Shown here in pieces: positions 39,153 through 48,048 of a DNA stretch of 64,000 nucleotides. How positions within the stretch are numbered: the stretch's first letter is position 1; each line of letters starts with the position of its first letter. The stretch lies in NCBI GenBank assembly GCA_014384025.1, contig JACNGQ010000180.1, positions 1,443-65,442 on the forward strand, written 5' to 3'. The position numbers were made by a program, and so were the translations under genes. The notes under the pieces are model-generated. The model was not told where the DNA came from and did no database searches. It saw only the letters and a list, made by a program, of their open reading frames with translations. Origin of the DNA: Planctomycetota bacterium (GTDB lineage: Bacteria; Planctomycetota; Phycisphaerae; Sedimentisphaerales; Anaerobacaceae).

Positions 39153-40397
39153 ATGAAAAACAAGACAATGGCAGCCAAGAAACACAAAAAAAAGTCCACG
39201 TTAGAGGAAAAGGACAAAGAACAAACGCATGAGTTGGAAAAGGCTAATGAAAAGCTCCAACTGGAAATGAACCAGCATGAACGAGTGGAGGAGACACTTG
39301 CGCATAAGGAAAACCTGTTACAGATGATTATAAGTGCCACCGGTGAGGCAATGATATTAATCGGAAATGATGGATTAATAACCCTGTTCAATCCAGCGGC
39401 AGAAGAGATGTTTGGCTTCAAGAAAGAAGACATGCTCGGTCAACCTCTCGACCATTTGATGCCCGAGCAATACAGGCACCATCACAGTCAATATGTACAA
39501 AGCTATTTCGCCACAGGAAAGCCCGACGGGATAATCGGTAATACGGTCGAGCTACCGGCCTTACGAAGTGACGGGCATATATTCCCGATGGAAATGTCTC
39601 TTTCGGCCGGCTCGCTCGGCGACAAACAGTTTGTAATTGCTGTCGCCCGGGACATCACCGAACGCAAACAAACCGAGATATGTCAGGATGAACTGCTCAA
39701 GAAAGTAGATAATATTAATAAAGAACTAAAGGATTTCGTATCTATAGTCTCGCATGATTTGAAGGCACCGCTGCGTGGGATTAAGACCTTAGCCAACTGG
39801 ATATTATCCGACTGTTCGGACAGGCTTGATGACCAGGCCAAAGAACATATAAATTTGCTTCTGGAACGCGTCGAGCGAATGTACAACCTGATTGAAGGCG
39901 CCCTTCAATATTCAAGAGCCGGCCAGGCAGAGGAAAAACAAGCCCATGTCGATCTTAATAACTTTGTCCCGGAAATTATAAATATGGTCGCCCCGCCGGA
40001 AAACATTACAGTTACAATCGAAAACGAACTGCCTGTTATTGATTGTGAAGAAACTCACATAATGCAACTTCTCCAGAATCTGCTCAGTAACGCTATAAAG
40101 TATATGGACAAACCACAGGGCTGGATAAAAGTCGGCTGCGTCGAACAGGACGGCTTCTGGAAATTTAGTGTCGCTGATAATGGTCCGGGCATAGAAGAAA
40201 AACACTTCGAAAGAATCTTCAAAATATTCCAGGCATTGCCGACCTCTCCTGATTTCGAAGGGACGGGCATCGGGCTCACAGTGGCAAAAAAAATTGTAGA
40301 ATTATATGAAGGCAGAATCTGGATCGAATCAAAAGTCGGCGAAGGAAGCACCTTCTTCTTTACATTGCCAAAACAGAAAACGGAAGCCAAGAAATGA
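39153..40397 (+). CDS. PAS-domain sensor histidine kinase
   Basis: 414 aa. Coiled-coil, PAS (GEAMILIGNDGLITLFNPAAEEMFGF), H-box VSIVSHDLKAPLRGI, G-box GTGIGLTVAKKIV. Confidence 0.85.
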   Translation: MKNKTMAAKKHKKKSTLEEKDKEQTHELEKANEKLQLEMNQHERVEETLAHKENLLQMIISATGEAMILIGNDGLITLFNPAAEEMFGFKKEDMLGQPLDHLMPEQYRHHHSQYVQSYFATGKPDGIIGNTVELPALRSDGHIFPMEMSLSAGSLGDKQFVIAVARDITERKQTEICQDELLKKVDNINKELKDFVSIVSHDLKAPLRGIKTLANWILSDCSDRLDDQAKEHINLLLERVERMYNLIEGALQYSRAGQAEEKQAHVDLNNFVPEIINMVAPPENITVTIENELPVIDCEETHIMQLLQNLLSNAIKYMDKPQGWIKVGCVEQDGFWKFSVADNGPGIEEKHFERIFKIFQALPTSPDFEGTGIGLTVAKKIVELYEGRIWIESKVGEGSTFFFTLPKQKTEAKK

Positions 40398-40465
40398 GAA
40401 GTTCCAAGCCAATATTACTCGTTAAAGATGACAATGTGGATATCATGACTGTCAAGCGTATTTGA
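40394..40465 (+). pseudogene. 23-codon relic of a response-regulator receiver N-terminus
   Basis: The ATG overlaps the kinase stop (ATGA). It reads MRSSKPILLVKDDNVDIMTVKRI then stop. This resembles the opening beta1-alpha1 of a receiver domain (compare YKVLFIEDNKLDQMAFKRF in the next gene). Confidence 0.35.
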
Positions 40466-40501
40466 CTTTAAGCAAACTACCGTCGAATGGGGATTAATAT
40501 T

Positions 40502-41350
40502 ATGGAAAACACAAGATATAAAGTTCTGTTCATCGAAGACAACAAGCTCGATCAGATGGCTTTTAAGCGATTTGTGGACGAGAATGACATCTCTTACGAT
40601 TACACAATTGCCGGCTCTGTTAAAGAAGCCCTGCAAGTATTGAATTGCAACCAATTCGATATTGTAATTACTGATCATGAACTCGGAGACGGTACAGCTT
40701 TTGAAATCCTGAAGTCAGTTAAGGATATTCCGGTTATAGTCGTAACCGGAGCCGGTGATGAGGATACGGCCATCAAGGCCTGGAAAGACGGCGCTTATGA
40801 TTATCTGATAAAAGACCTCGACCAAAACTATCTCAAAGCCATCACGATAACCGTCGAAAACGCCATAAGTCACAAGAAGGCAAACAAGAAACTCCAATTG
40901 CTCTCGGGCGCTGTTATGAGCACCGATGACAGTATCTATATTGCCGATATGCAGGGAAATATTATCTTTGTTAATAAGGCATTTTGCAAAACATACGGGT
41001 ATAAGGAAGATGAGATTTTAGGGAAAAACAACACTGTCCTCTGGATAGGAAAACACCAAACCGAAAATACCAGAAGTGTTTTCCAGACACGAACTGTTGG
41101 AAGCTCCTGGGAAGTTGGCTTCTACCACAAACGGAAAGACGACAGCGTATTTCCAATCTCCCTTTCCAGGTCAACCATTAAAGATTCGAACGGGAACGAA
41201 GTTGCGATTGTCGGCGTATCTCGCGACATATCCGAGCGAATACTAATAGAAGATGAACTCAGGACCGAAAACCAGAATTTGAAGAACCAAATCAGGGAAC
41301 TGGAAAAAAGACTCGGGATAGAACATAGCTGTACGGCCACCGATGCTTAG
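40502..41350 (+). CDS. Response regulator with receiver and PAS domains
   Basis: Start at MENTRYK (40502). Receiver KVLFIEDNKLD...DIVITDHELGDGTAFE...YDYLIKD. PAS SIYIADMQGNIIFVNKAFCKTYGY. Confidence 0.8.
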   Translation: MENTRYKVLFIEDNKLDQMAFKRFVDENDISYDYTIAGSVKEALQVLNCNQFDIVITDHELGDGTAFEILKSVKDIPVIVVTGAGDEDTAIKAWKDGAYDYLIKDLDQNYLKAITITVENAISHKKANKKLQLLSGAVMSTDDSIYIADMQGNIIFVNKAFCKTYGYKEDEILGKNNTVLWIGKHQTENTRSVFQTRTVGSSWEVGFYHKRKDDSVFPISLSRSTIKDSNGNEVAIVGVSRDISERILIEDELRTENQNLKNQIRELEKRLGIEHSCTATDA

Positions 41351-41614
41351 CACCTTGAGATCCTCCAGTTTTGTCAGCGATATGGCAGTTACAGAAAAAA
41401 CCGAAGAAACGAAAAGGAATTCCAGGATTTTGGATACATAACAGCCCATGATTGATATTTATCTATCAATCGTTCGATAAAAGCTCAACAAAATCGAGTA
41501 AATATCTTTTCTCCTACCGTAACTGTTACTTCTAACCATTAAGCAAAATATTTTCAGCCAACCCTCTATATAATAAATTTTCGTAACTGGTCCCATATAG
41601 CAAGAAGATTTGAA

Positions 41615-41673
41615 TTGACAGCGAGGCATTAAAGAGTTTTAATTTTTTGTCGATATGTCGAGTCGTGCATATC
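41615..41673 (+). promoter_or_regulatory. Candidate promoter plus inverted repeat upstream of the ModE-like/wtp operon
   Basis: TTGACA at 41615-41620, a 17-nt spacer, then TTTAAT at 41638-41643. GATATG (41652-41657) and CATATC (41668-41673) form an inverted repeat with a 10-nt spacer, just downstream of the -10. Confidence 0.35.
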
Positions 41674-41703
41674 CAAAGAAATATTTTTTTGGAAATAAAT
41701 CAG

Positions 41704-41901
41704 ATGGACAAAAAAGAAGAATTATTGAATGCCATTTTCAAAGTCATCAACAAAGTACAAGCTTCAGAGGACAAAAAAAGATTAACGTGCTCCGAGGCCT
41801 TCGAGCTGGCCAACAAATACGATGTGGAAATTATTGAAATAGGACGTATGTGTAATCAGCATAATATCAAAATCAGTAAATGTCAGTTCGGTTGTTTTTA
41901 A
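41704..41901 (+). CDS. Small conserved-looking Cys protein of unknown function
   Basis: 65 aa from the internal ATG 41704 (MDKKEELL...). Ends in IKISKCQFGCF and has one further Cys in RLTCSEAFELA. First gene of the Mo/W operon. Confidence 0.4.
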   Translation: MDKKEELLNAIFKVINKVQASEDKKRLTCSEAFELANKYDVEIIEIGRMCNQHNIKISKCQFGCF

Positions 41902-41924
41902 ATAACACCGGAGAGGACAAGAAT

Positions 41925-42278
41925 ATGAAGAAATTAAAAGCAAAATTCAAGCTCTGGCTCAGTACCAGAGACATTGAAGGGGTTTTCGGCGACGGCAAAT
42001 GGCGTCTGCTCAAAGCAATCGAAAACACTGGCTCATTAACTGAAGCCAGTGAATCACTCAGGATAAGCTATCGAAAGGCATGGGGTGACCTTAACAAGGC
42101 GCAGGAAGCTTTGAATGAATCCTTAGTCGAAAAACATCGAGGTGGTATCCAAAGAGGCCAGAGCACTTTAACCAAACAAGGTAAAAAATGGCTAAAAGCT
42201 TACACGGGATTTCACCGCGACATCGAAAAAGCCGTTGATAAAGCTTATGAAAAACATATAAGGAAAATTGCAGAATGA
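41925..42278 (+). CDS. ModE N-terminal-domain-like HTH regulator (molybdate/tungstate responsive family)
   Basis: Start at 41925, after GGAGAGGA. GDGKWRLLKAIENTGSLTEASESLRISYRKAW...HRGGIQRGQSTLT follows the ModE N-domain pattern. No Mop domains. Confidence 0.75.
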   Translation: MKKLKAKFKLWLSTRDIEGVFGDGKWRLLKAIENTGSLTEASESLRISYRKAWGDLNKAQEALNESLVEKHRGGIQRGQSTLTKQGKKWLKAYTGFHRDIEKAVDKAYEKHIRKIAE

Positions 42279-43273
42279 GCAGGACGCCAAAAATCATACT
42301 AATTCTTGCAGCTTTGAGTTCTCTGGGTCTGATATGGATCATTGCTCAAGATTCACCGCCTTCGAACCATGTGGAACATGAGTCTGAGCAGTTAATCATC
42401 TTTCACGCAGGCAGCCTCGCGGTTCCTTTTAAAGAGATTTCGGAAGAATTTAAAGCCAGGCACCCTGCCGTAAAAATTACTCTTGAAGCAGCAGGTAGTC
42501 GAATATGCGCTCGAAAAATTTCGGACTTAAAAAGGCCATGTGACGTTATGGCTTCAGCGGACTATACTGTAATTGACAATCTTCTGATTCCCGATCATGC
42601 CGACTGGAATATAAAATTTGCAAGCAATGAAATGTCAATCGTTTATGTCGAGGGTTCCAAGCAGGCAAATAACATCAATCAAGAAAATTGGTTCGATATT
42701 TTGCTTCAAAAAGACGTAGCCTTCGGCAGATCCGACCCAAATTCAGATCCCTGTGGCTACCGAGCACTGCTTGTAACGATTCTTGCTGAAAAATTCTATA
42801 ATAGGCCTGGCCTTGTTGATGCAATTAAGTCAAAGGACCAACAATACATTCGCCCCAAGGAAGTTGATTTATTGGCACTTTTGGAAACAGGCGTGATTGA
42901 TTATATCTTCTTATATAGAAGTGTAGCTGTGCAACACAACCTTAAATATTTAGTGCTGCCCGATGAAATTAATCTAAAGAAAGCGGATTTGTCTGATTTT
43001 TACAAAACCGCTTCAGTGAGTTTGACTGACAAACAGCCAGGTACATTTATTTCTAAAGCAGGTGAGCCAATAATATACGGCGTTACAATACCCAAAAATG
43101 CGTCAAACCGTAAGCTTGCTATGACCTTCTTAACCTTTCTGCTCGATGCTGATTCGGGCGGGGCCATTCTCGAAAAGAACGGACAAAGTTTTGTGGTTCC
43201 TTCAACAACTGAAACTTTTAATAAATTGCCGGAGTCTTTGAAAATGTTCGCTCTTCCGGGAAGCGTAAAATGA
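42275..43273 (+). CDS. wtpA: Tungstate/molybdate ABC transporter substrate-binding protein, WtpA type
   Basis: IIFHAGSLAVPFKEISEEFKARHPAVKITLEAAGS, SDPNSDPCGYRALL, IDYIFLYRSVAVQH and IYGVTIPKNASN track the Pyrococcus WtpA sequence as I recall it. Confidence 0.8.
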   Translation: MSRTPKIILILAALSSLGLIWIIAQDSPPSNHVEHESEQLIIFHAGSLAVPFKEISEEFKARHPAVKITLEAAGSRICARKISDLKRPCDVMASADYTVIDNLLIPDHADWNIKFASNEMSIVYVEGSKQANNINQENWFDILLQKDVAFGRSDPNSDPCGYRALLVTILAEKFYNRPGLVDAIKSKDQQYIRPKEVDLLALLETGVIDYIFLYRSVAVQHNLKYLVLPDEINLKKADLSDFYKTASVSLTDKQPGTFISKAGEPIIYGVTIPKNASNRKLAMTFLTFLLDADSGGAILEKNGQSFVVPSTTETFNKLPESLKMFALPGSVK

Positions 43274-44076
43274 AAACTGAAACATTGAAAAGAAAATACG
43301 AGCCTCTATCACTGTTATTTGCAGCATTTGGCGGTGTCGTGCTGCTGTTTATTATCGCCCCATTGATAAGTATGTTTCTAAATTGTTCGCTGCTGGAGCT
43401 TGCAGAAACAGCAAAAGACCCGGAAGTTCGAGGCAGTATCTGGCTTACGTTATTGACATCGATGGCGGCAACAACAATTTTTGCTATCGCTGCTATTCCT
43501 TTTTCATACCTTCTGGCCAGAAAGCAATTTCCGTTAAAGGGACTTGTCAGCGGCATCATTGACCTTCCGATTGTCATACCGCATTCAGCAGCTGGGATAG
43601 CCTTGCTGAGTGTTGTTTCCCGCGGTACTTTCCTTGGACAAGCTGCAGATAAGATGGGCTTTAGCTTTGTCGGAAGTAGTGTGGGCATCATGCTTGCAAT
43701 GGCATTTGTCAGCATCCCTTTTCTTATCAATTCTGCCCGGGATGGATTTCTATCTGTCCCTGTTCGTCTTGAGAAAGCAGCTCTAAGTCTCGGAGCAAGC
43801 CCTTTTAGGGTATTTTTCACCATCTCGGTTCCATTGGCGTCAAGATCAATCGTCTCCGGCTTGATTTTAATGTGGGCACGCGGAATGAGCGAATTTGGTG
43901 CCGTTTTGATTATCGCCTACCATCCGATGATTACACCTGTCTTGATATATGAACGCTTCGGAGCTTTTGGTTTAAAATATGCTCGTCCGGTAGCCGTTCT
44001 TTTTGTTTCCGTATGTCTGGTATTTTTCATTATATTGCGGCTTTTAGTAAGAGGTAAAGATGCTGCTCACCGTTAG
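43270..44076 (+). CDS. wtpB: Tungstate/molybdate ABC transporter permease
   Basis: 268-aa six-TM ORF with the EAA-like loop LEKAALSLGASPFRVFFTISVPL. Confidence 0.85.
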   Translation: MKTETLKRKYEPLSLLFAAFGGVVLLFIIAPLISMFLNCSLLELAETAKDPEVRGSIWLTLLTSMAATTIFAIAAIPFSYLLARKQFPLKGLVSGIIDLPIVIPHSAAGIALLSVVSRGTFLGQAADKMGFSFVGSSVGIMLAMAFVSIPFLINSARDGFLSVPVRLEKAALSLGASPFRVFFTISVPLASRSIVSGLILMWARGMSEFGAVLIIAYHPMITPVLIYERFGAFGLKYARPVAVLFVSVCLVFFIILRLLVRGKDAAHR

Positions 44077-45169
44077 GGATATTTCAAAGGCATTCAGCGG
44101 CTTTGAGATAAAGAATGTTTCCTTCGATGTCCAGCCGGGCTGGTACTTTGTTCTGCTCGGTGCTTCAGGCGTAGGGAAAAGTTTGCTGCTCGAGATTATA
44201 GCAGGCCTTACTCGCCCGGACGCCGGACAAATATTTCTAAACGGAAAAGATATCACCAGCGAAAAGATTCAGAAGCGTAAAATTGGCCTGGTGTTTCAGC
44301 ACAACACACTATTCCCGCACATGACGGTTTATGATAATATCGCATATCCACTTCGCAGCGGACACACAAAATCTCAAATCTCAAAACGAGTAGCCCAGCT
44401 CGCAGAAAATTTTGGAGTCACCAACTTACTCAATCGCAAATCCCAAACGCTCTCTGGTGGAGAATCCCAGCGTGTCTCTCTTGCCAGAACAGTGGCGAGT
44501 GAACCGGATTGCCTGCTTTTGGACGAACCGATATGCTCACTTGATGCTACATCCCGACCTCAGATACGTACACTTTTACGAAGGATTAATGCCAACGGCC
44601 AGACGATAATACACGTAACACATGATTATACCGAAGCAGTTTCCTTAGGCACTCATATCGCCGTTATGGAAAGAGGAATAATTGCACAGACAGGAAAAGT
44701 CGAAGATATTTTTCAGCACCCCAAATCCGAATTCATCGCCCGATTTATCGGTATTAGAAATTTCTTTAAGGGCCATCTGGAACAACCATACCACCAGTCA
44801 GGTCTAAAACTGTTTAGAACAGGAAGCCTTGATTTTTCAGTCCTGACAGACAGGCTCGCAGGTAACGGCTTTGTTTGTATTCGAAGCGAAGATGTCACAA
44901 TTAGCAATCTTGACCCAATGGCGAAGCCAACAAGCGCCCGTAATAACTTCGAAGGAACAATTGTGGATATAGTACGAGCCGGCCCTGGAATCGAAGTCAT
45001 AGTTGACATTAATACAGATAAATCAAAGCTGATAAACAAAGCGAACAGCACTCCATTGGAAGTTGCTGCACTAATAAGTAACGAATCCGTAAAAACACTG
45101 AATCTGCATTGCGGAAAAAAGGTGATTCTAAGTTTCAAGGCCTCCGCTGTTAAGTATGTTGAAGAATAA
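44060..45169 (+). CDS. wtpC: Tungstate/molybdate ABC transporter ATP-binding protein with C-terminal TOBE-like domain
   Basis: Walker A LLGASGVGKSLL, signature LSGGESQRVSLAR, Walker B LLLDEP, and a ~120-aa C-terminal extension. Confidence 0.85.
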   Translation: MLLTVRDISKAFSGFEIKNVSFDVQPGWYFVLLGASGVGKSLLLEIIAGLTRPDAGQIFLNGKDITSEKIQKRKIGLVFQHNTLFPHMTVYDNIAYPLRSGHTKSQISKRVAQLAENFGVTNLLNRKSQTLSGGESQRVSLARTVASEPDCLLLDEPICSLDATSRPQIRTLLRRINANGQTIIHVTHDYTEAVSLGTHIAVMERGIIAQTGKVEDIFQHPKSEFIARFIGIRNFFKGHLEQPYHQSGLKLFRTGSLDFSVLTDRLAGNGFVCIRSEDVTISNLDPMAKPTSARNNFEGTIVDIVRAGPGIEVIVDINTDKSKLINKANSTPLEVAALISNESVKTLNLHCGKKVILSFKASAVKYVEE

Positions 45170-46301
45170 AATGCTCAAGCTCGATGGAATGTTGATTATA
45201 GGTTCTGCCGGAAGCAATGTCGGTAAAACAGAGCTGGCCTGCACACTTCTGGGAAAATTCGGTAGAAGCTGTGATGTCATAGGAATAAAGGTTACTACGA
45301 TAAGAGACAAAGAAGGCCAATGCCCTCGAGGCGGAGAGGGGTGCGGGGCCTGCTCTTCTCTGGAAGGCGCCTATAGCATTACCGAAGAGCTTGACAGCAG
45401 TTCCGAAAAAGACACTGCAAGACTTCTGGCTGCCGGAGCATGCCGGGTTTTCTGGCTTCGGGTTCGAGAAGAAAGCCTTCTGGAAGGTATAACCGCACTG
45501 CTGGATGTCATCGGCCATGATGCTGTTTCAATTTGTGAATCAAACTCACTTAGGCAAGTGGTCGAGCCGGGTCTTTTTCTGATGGTTGGAAGCCGCAACT
45601 CGAAAAACTGGAAAAGTTCGGCTCAAGCGGTTAAAAAACATGCAGACAGGATTGTGATTTCAGACGGCAGCAGTTTTGATTTTGATCCAAACAGGATAAA
45701 GCTTATCAATGGTAAATGGATAATAAACCTGCCGGCAACAGCAATAATTATGGCCGGTGGGGAGAGCCGCCGAATGGGTATCGACAAGAGTATGTTGTCG
45801 ATTAAGGGACAATCTATTATTGAGGTAATATGCGAGCAGCTTCGCGGCTCTTTCGATGAGATACTAATAAGTGCCAATCAAGTGGACAAGTTCGCGTTTC
45901 TCGGCTTCAAGGTTGTCCCGGACAAAGTGCCTGAATGGGGACCTTTGATGGGTATAGCTTCGGCTTTGGAAGCCTCGGCCAGCGAATATAATTTTGTAGT
46001 TGCATGCGATATCCCCAAAATAAATCTAAACTGTGTACACAAAATGCTCACTGAAGCTATCGAAAGCCGGGCGGATATAGTCGTTCCGGTAACCGGTAAA
46101 GAAAAATACGAACCTCTCTTTGCTATATACCGTAAAAGTACACTCGAAGTCATAAATAAAACGCTCTCATCAGGAAAAAACAAAATAACAGATGTTTTCA
46201 CTCTGTGCAAAGTTAAGTATATTGAGATGGAAGATGCAGATTGGCTCATAAATCTTAATACAATAGCTGATTATGAAGAATTTCAAAAAAAGCTGCTTTG
46301 A
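45156..46301 (+). CDS. mobA: Molybdenum cofactor guanylyltransferase MobA fused to an N-terminal P-loop (MobB-like) domain
   Basis: The C-terminal half carries AIIMAGGESRRMGIDKSML, GPLMGI and VVACDIP (MobA motifs). The N-terminal ~190 aa carry IIGSAGSNVGKTELA (P-loop-like) and a CPRGGEGCGAC cluster. Confidence 0.75.
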   Translation: MLKNKMLKLDGMLIIGSAGSNVGKTELACTLLGKFGRSCDVIGIKVTTIRDKEGQCPRGGEGCGACSSLEGAYSITEELDSSSEKDTARLLAAGACRVFWLRVREESLLEGITALLDVIGHDAVSICESNSLRQVVEPGLFLMVGSRNSKNWKSSAQAVKKHADRIVISDGSSFDFDPNRIKLINGKWIINLPATAIIMAGGESRRMGIDKSMLSIKGQSIIEVICEQLRGSFDEILISANQVDKFAFLGFKVVPDKVPEWGPLMGIASALEASASEYNFVVACDIPKINLNCVHKMLTEAIESRADIVVPVTGKEKYEPLFAIYRKSTLEVINKTLSSGKNKITDVFTLCKVKYIEMEDADWLINLNTIADYEEFQKKLL

Positions 46302-46349
46302 AAAACAAAACTATCCAACAATGAAATCCAAATAGAGGTACGAAGCACA

Positions 46350-46958
46350 ATGGCTCATGAAGGTCTTTGGGAACAACTTGAAAAACTGGACGGCACCGAA
46401 ACAGCACAGCGGGCAAAGTGCCAATATTTCGACAGCTCGGTACATTACACCATTACCCTGCTGAACACCGAGTATGCGGTCAATCTTTCTGACAGGAATA
46501 TCTTTTCCATACGATCCGATTCTACACAGAAGGAGGCTCAGTTTCTCGAACAGCTTTGCATCCTTGCATATTTAATAAATGCCCGGGATTTACCGCTGGC
46601 CAACAAACTTGTAACCGGTAACACTTTACCGGGCGGGCAGTTCTTCTTCAGAGGCCAGCACAGTCTGCCAACTGAAAAATTAGAGGAGGCCTTTGGAGAC
46701 AATCCGGAAGTTTTACATCAGGCTTCGGCACAACTTAACGCCGATTACTGTGAATTCGGGGATGCATCAATTAGCCTGTATATGTTACCTCGCTTGCCAC
46801 TGGCCATAGTGATTTGGGGCCGTGATGAGGAATTCGAAGCCAGAGCTTCTATTCTTTTCGACCAGACCGCAGCTTCTCAACTGCCTTTAGACGCCTTGTT
46901 GGCGGCTGTAAATCTAACGGTTGGAACTTTGCTGAAAAACGCCTCTGAGAGTGGTTAA
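46350..46958 (+). CDS. DUF3786-like protein commonly linked to CODH/ACS clusters
   Basis: 202-aa ORF at the head of the acs cluster. The family assignment comes from memory of DUF3786 context and general sequence style, and is not verifiable here. Confidence 0.5.
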   Translation: MAHEGLWEQLEKLDGTETAQRAKCQYFDSSVHYTITLLNTEYAVNLSDRNIFSIRSDSTQKEAQFLEQLCILAYLINARDLPLANKLVTGNTLPGGQFFFRGQHSLPTEKLEEAFGDNPEVLHQASAQLNADYCEFGDASISLYMLPRLPLAIVIWGRDEEFEARASILFDQTAASQLPLDALLAAVNLTVGTLLKNASESG

Positions 46959-47030
46959 AAAGTAATCAACACATAGCAAACAGCTAAGTCACGGTAATCT
47001 ATTATCATAGGAATTATTACATTATAAATG

Positions 47031-47060
47031 CTTGACAGCTTCTGACAAAGCTGTTAAGTT
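47031..47060 (+). promoter_or_regulatory. Candidate promoter of the acs operon, overlapped by an 11-bp inverted repeat
   Basis: TTGACA at 47032-47037, a 17-nt spacer, then TAAGTT at 47055-47060. CTTGACAGCTT (47031-47041) and AAGCTGTTAAG (47048-47058) are reverse complements at 10 of 11 positions, with a 6-nt spacer. Confidence 0.35.
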
Positions 47061-47142
47061 ACTGGCCAGTAATTACATTGAATGTATTTTCTCAAATATG
47101 GGAGTTCAGACGGCCGATAAAAAGGTTGTCATTATCTTTGGA

Positions 47143-47949
47143 ATGCAGGGTTTAAAAATTGCAATAGGCGGCAAAGGTGGCGTTGGAAAGACCACAGTTT
47201 GTGCAATCTGGGCACAATTATTTGCCAAAAGCGGTTTTGATGTTCTCGTAATCGATGCCGACCCAAATACTACCCTTGCTTCGGCCTTTGGTGTAGCTTC
47301 AGAACAATGCCCGGAGCCGCTTACCAGGATGAAACAGCTCATCGGTGAGCGCACAGGCACCGGCAAAGATGCGGTGGGCACATACTTCAGGCTGAATCCT
47401 AAAGTCAGCGACCTGCCGGAAAAATACTCTCTCGAAGTTAATGGCTTGAAACTGCTGGTCCTGGGAGCAATTACTCAGGGTGGTGCAGGATGTGCCTGTC
47501 CGGAAGGGGCATTCTTAAAAGCACTGCTGACGCATACTATTTTACAACGTAAGGAACTGGTCCTGGTTGATTTGGCCGCGGGCGTTGAATTTCTGGGCAG
47601 AGCAAGCGTACAAGGTATTGACGCCTTTATATCCATTGTTGAGCCCGGAGGCAGAAGTATCGAAACAGCCAACAATATCAACAAAATGGCCAAAGATTTA
47701 GGTATTGATTGTGTTGGCACAATTGCCAATAAGATTACAGAACCGGCTCAGGTGGAGATAATAAAATCTCAATTGAAAGATACAACCCTGCTGGGAACTC
47801 TTGGGTACAGCCGTTCTCTTCAGGAAGCTGACCTCAAACGAGCGGCTGTATTTGGGGCCGACGCTGAAATTACAGAGCAACTGAAATTAGCAAAGGATAA
47901 ATTAGTGGAACTTATTTCCGAATCTTCTTCAAAGACAAAAAAACAATAA
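47143..47949 (+). CDS. cooC: CODH nickel-insertion accessory ATPase CooC
   Basis: Start set at MQGLKIAIGGKGGVGKTT (47143) to match the usual CooC N-terminus. 47098 is an alternative. Deviant Walker A GGKGGVGKTT and the metal-binding GCACPEG (CxC). Confidence 0.85.
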   Translation: MQGLKIAIGGKGGVGKTTVCAIWAQLFAKSGFDVLVIDADPNTTLASAFGVASEQCPEPLTRMKQLIGERTGTGKDAVGTYFRLNPKVSDLPEKYSLEVNGLKLLVLGAITQGGAGCACPEGAFLKALLTHTILQRKELVLVDLAAGVEFLGRASVQGIDAFISIVEPGGRSIETANNINKMAKDLGIDCVGTIANKITEPAQVEIIKSQLKDTTLLGTLGYSRSLQEADLKRAAVFGADAEITEQLKLAKDKLVELISESSSKTKKQ

Positions 47950-48048
47950 TTGACAATGCGAGGATTTTCCATTATGTAAAAAGTCCCCCATTTTGGGACG
48001 TATTACAAAATGGAATCTGGTATTAAACATTAGAATAGAGGTACATTT

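Noticed and set aside
41351-41703. A Moco/Wco riboswitch upstream of the Mo/W transport operon. I also considered a ZTP or THF riboswitch in the 213-nt gap before fhs (58348-58560).
   Set aside because: I could find none of the conserved cores I remember for these classes. Only ordinary short hairpins are present. This stays unconfirmed without a covariance-model search.
47113-47120. Further exact GCCGATAA octamers: 47113-47120 on the plus strand, and 21827-21834 on the minus strand.
   Set aside because: Neither has a TAAA-like -35 at the correct spacing, and both lie within coding or start regions (cooC N-terminal region, coaE). Their number matches chance expectation.
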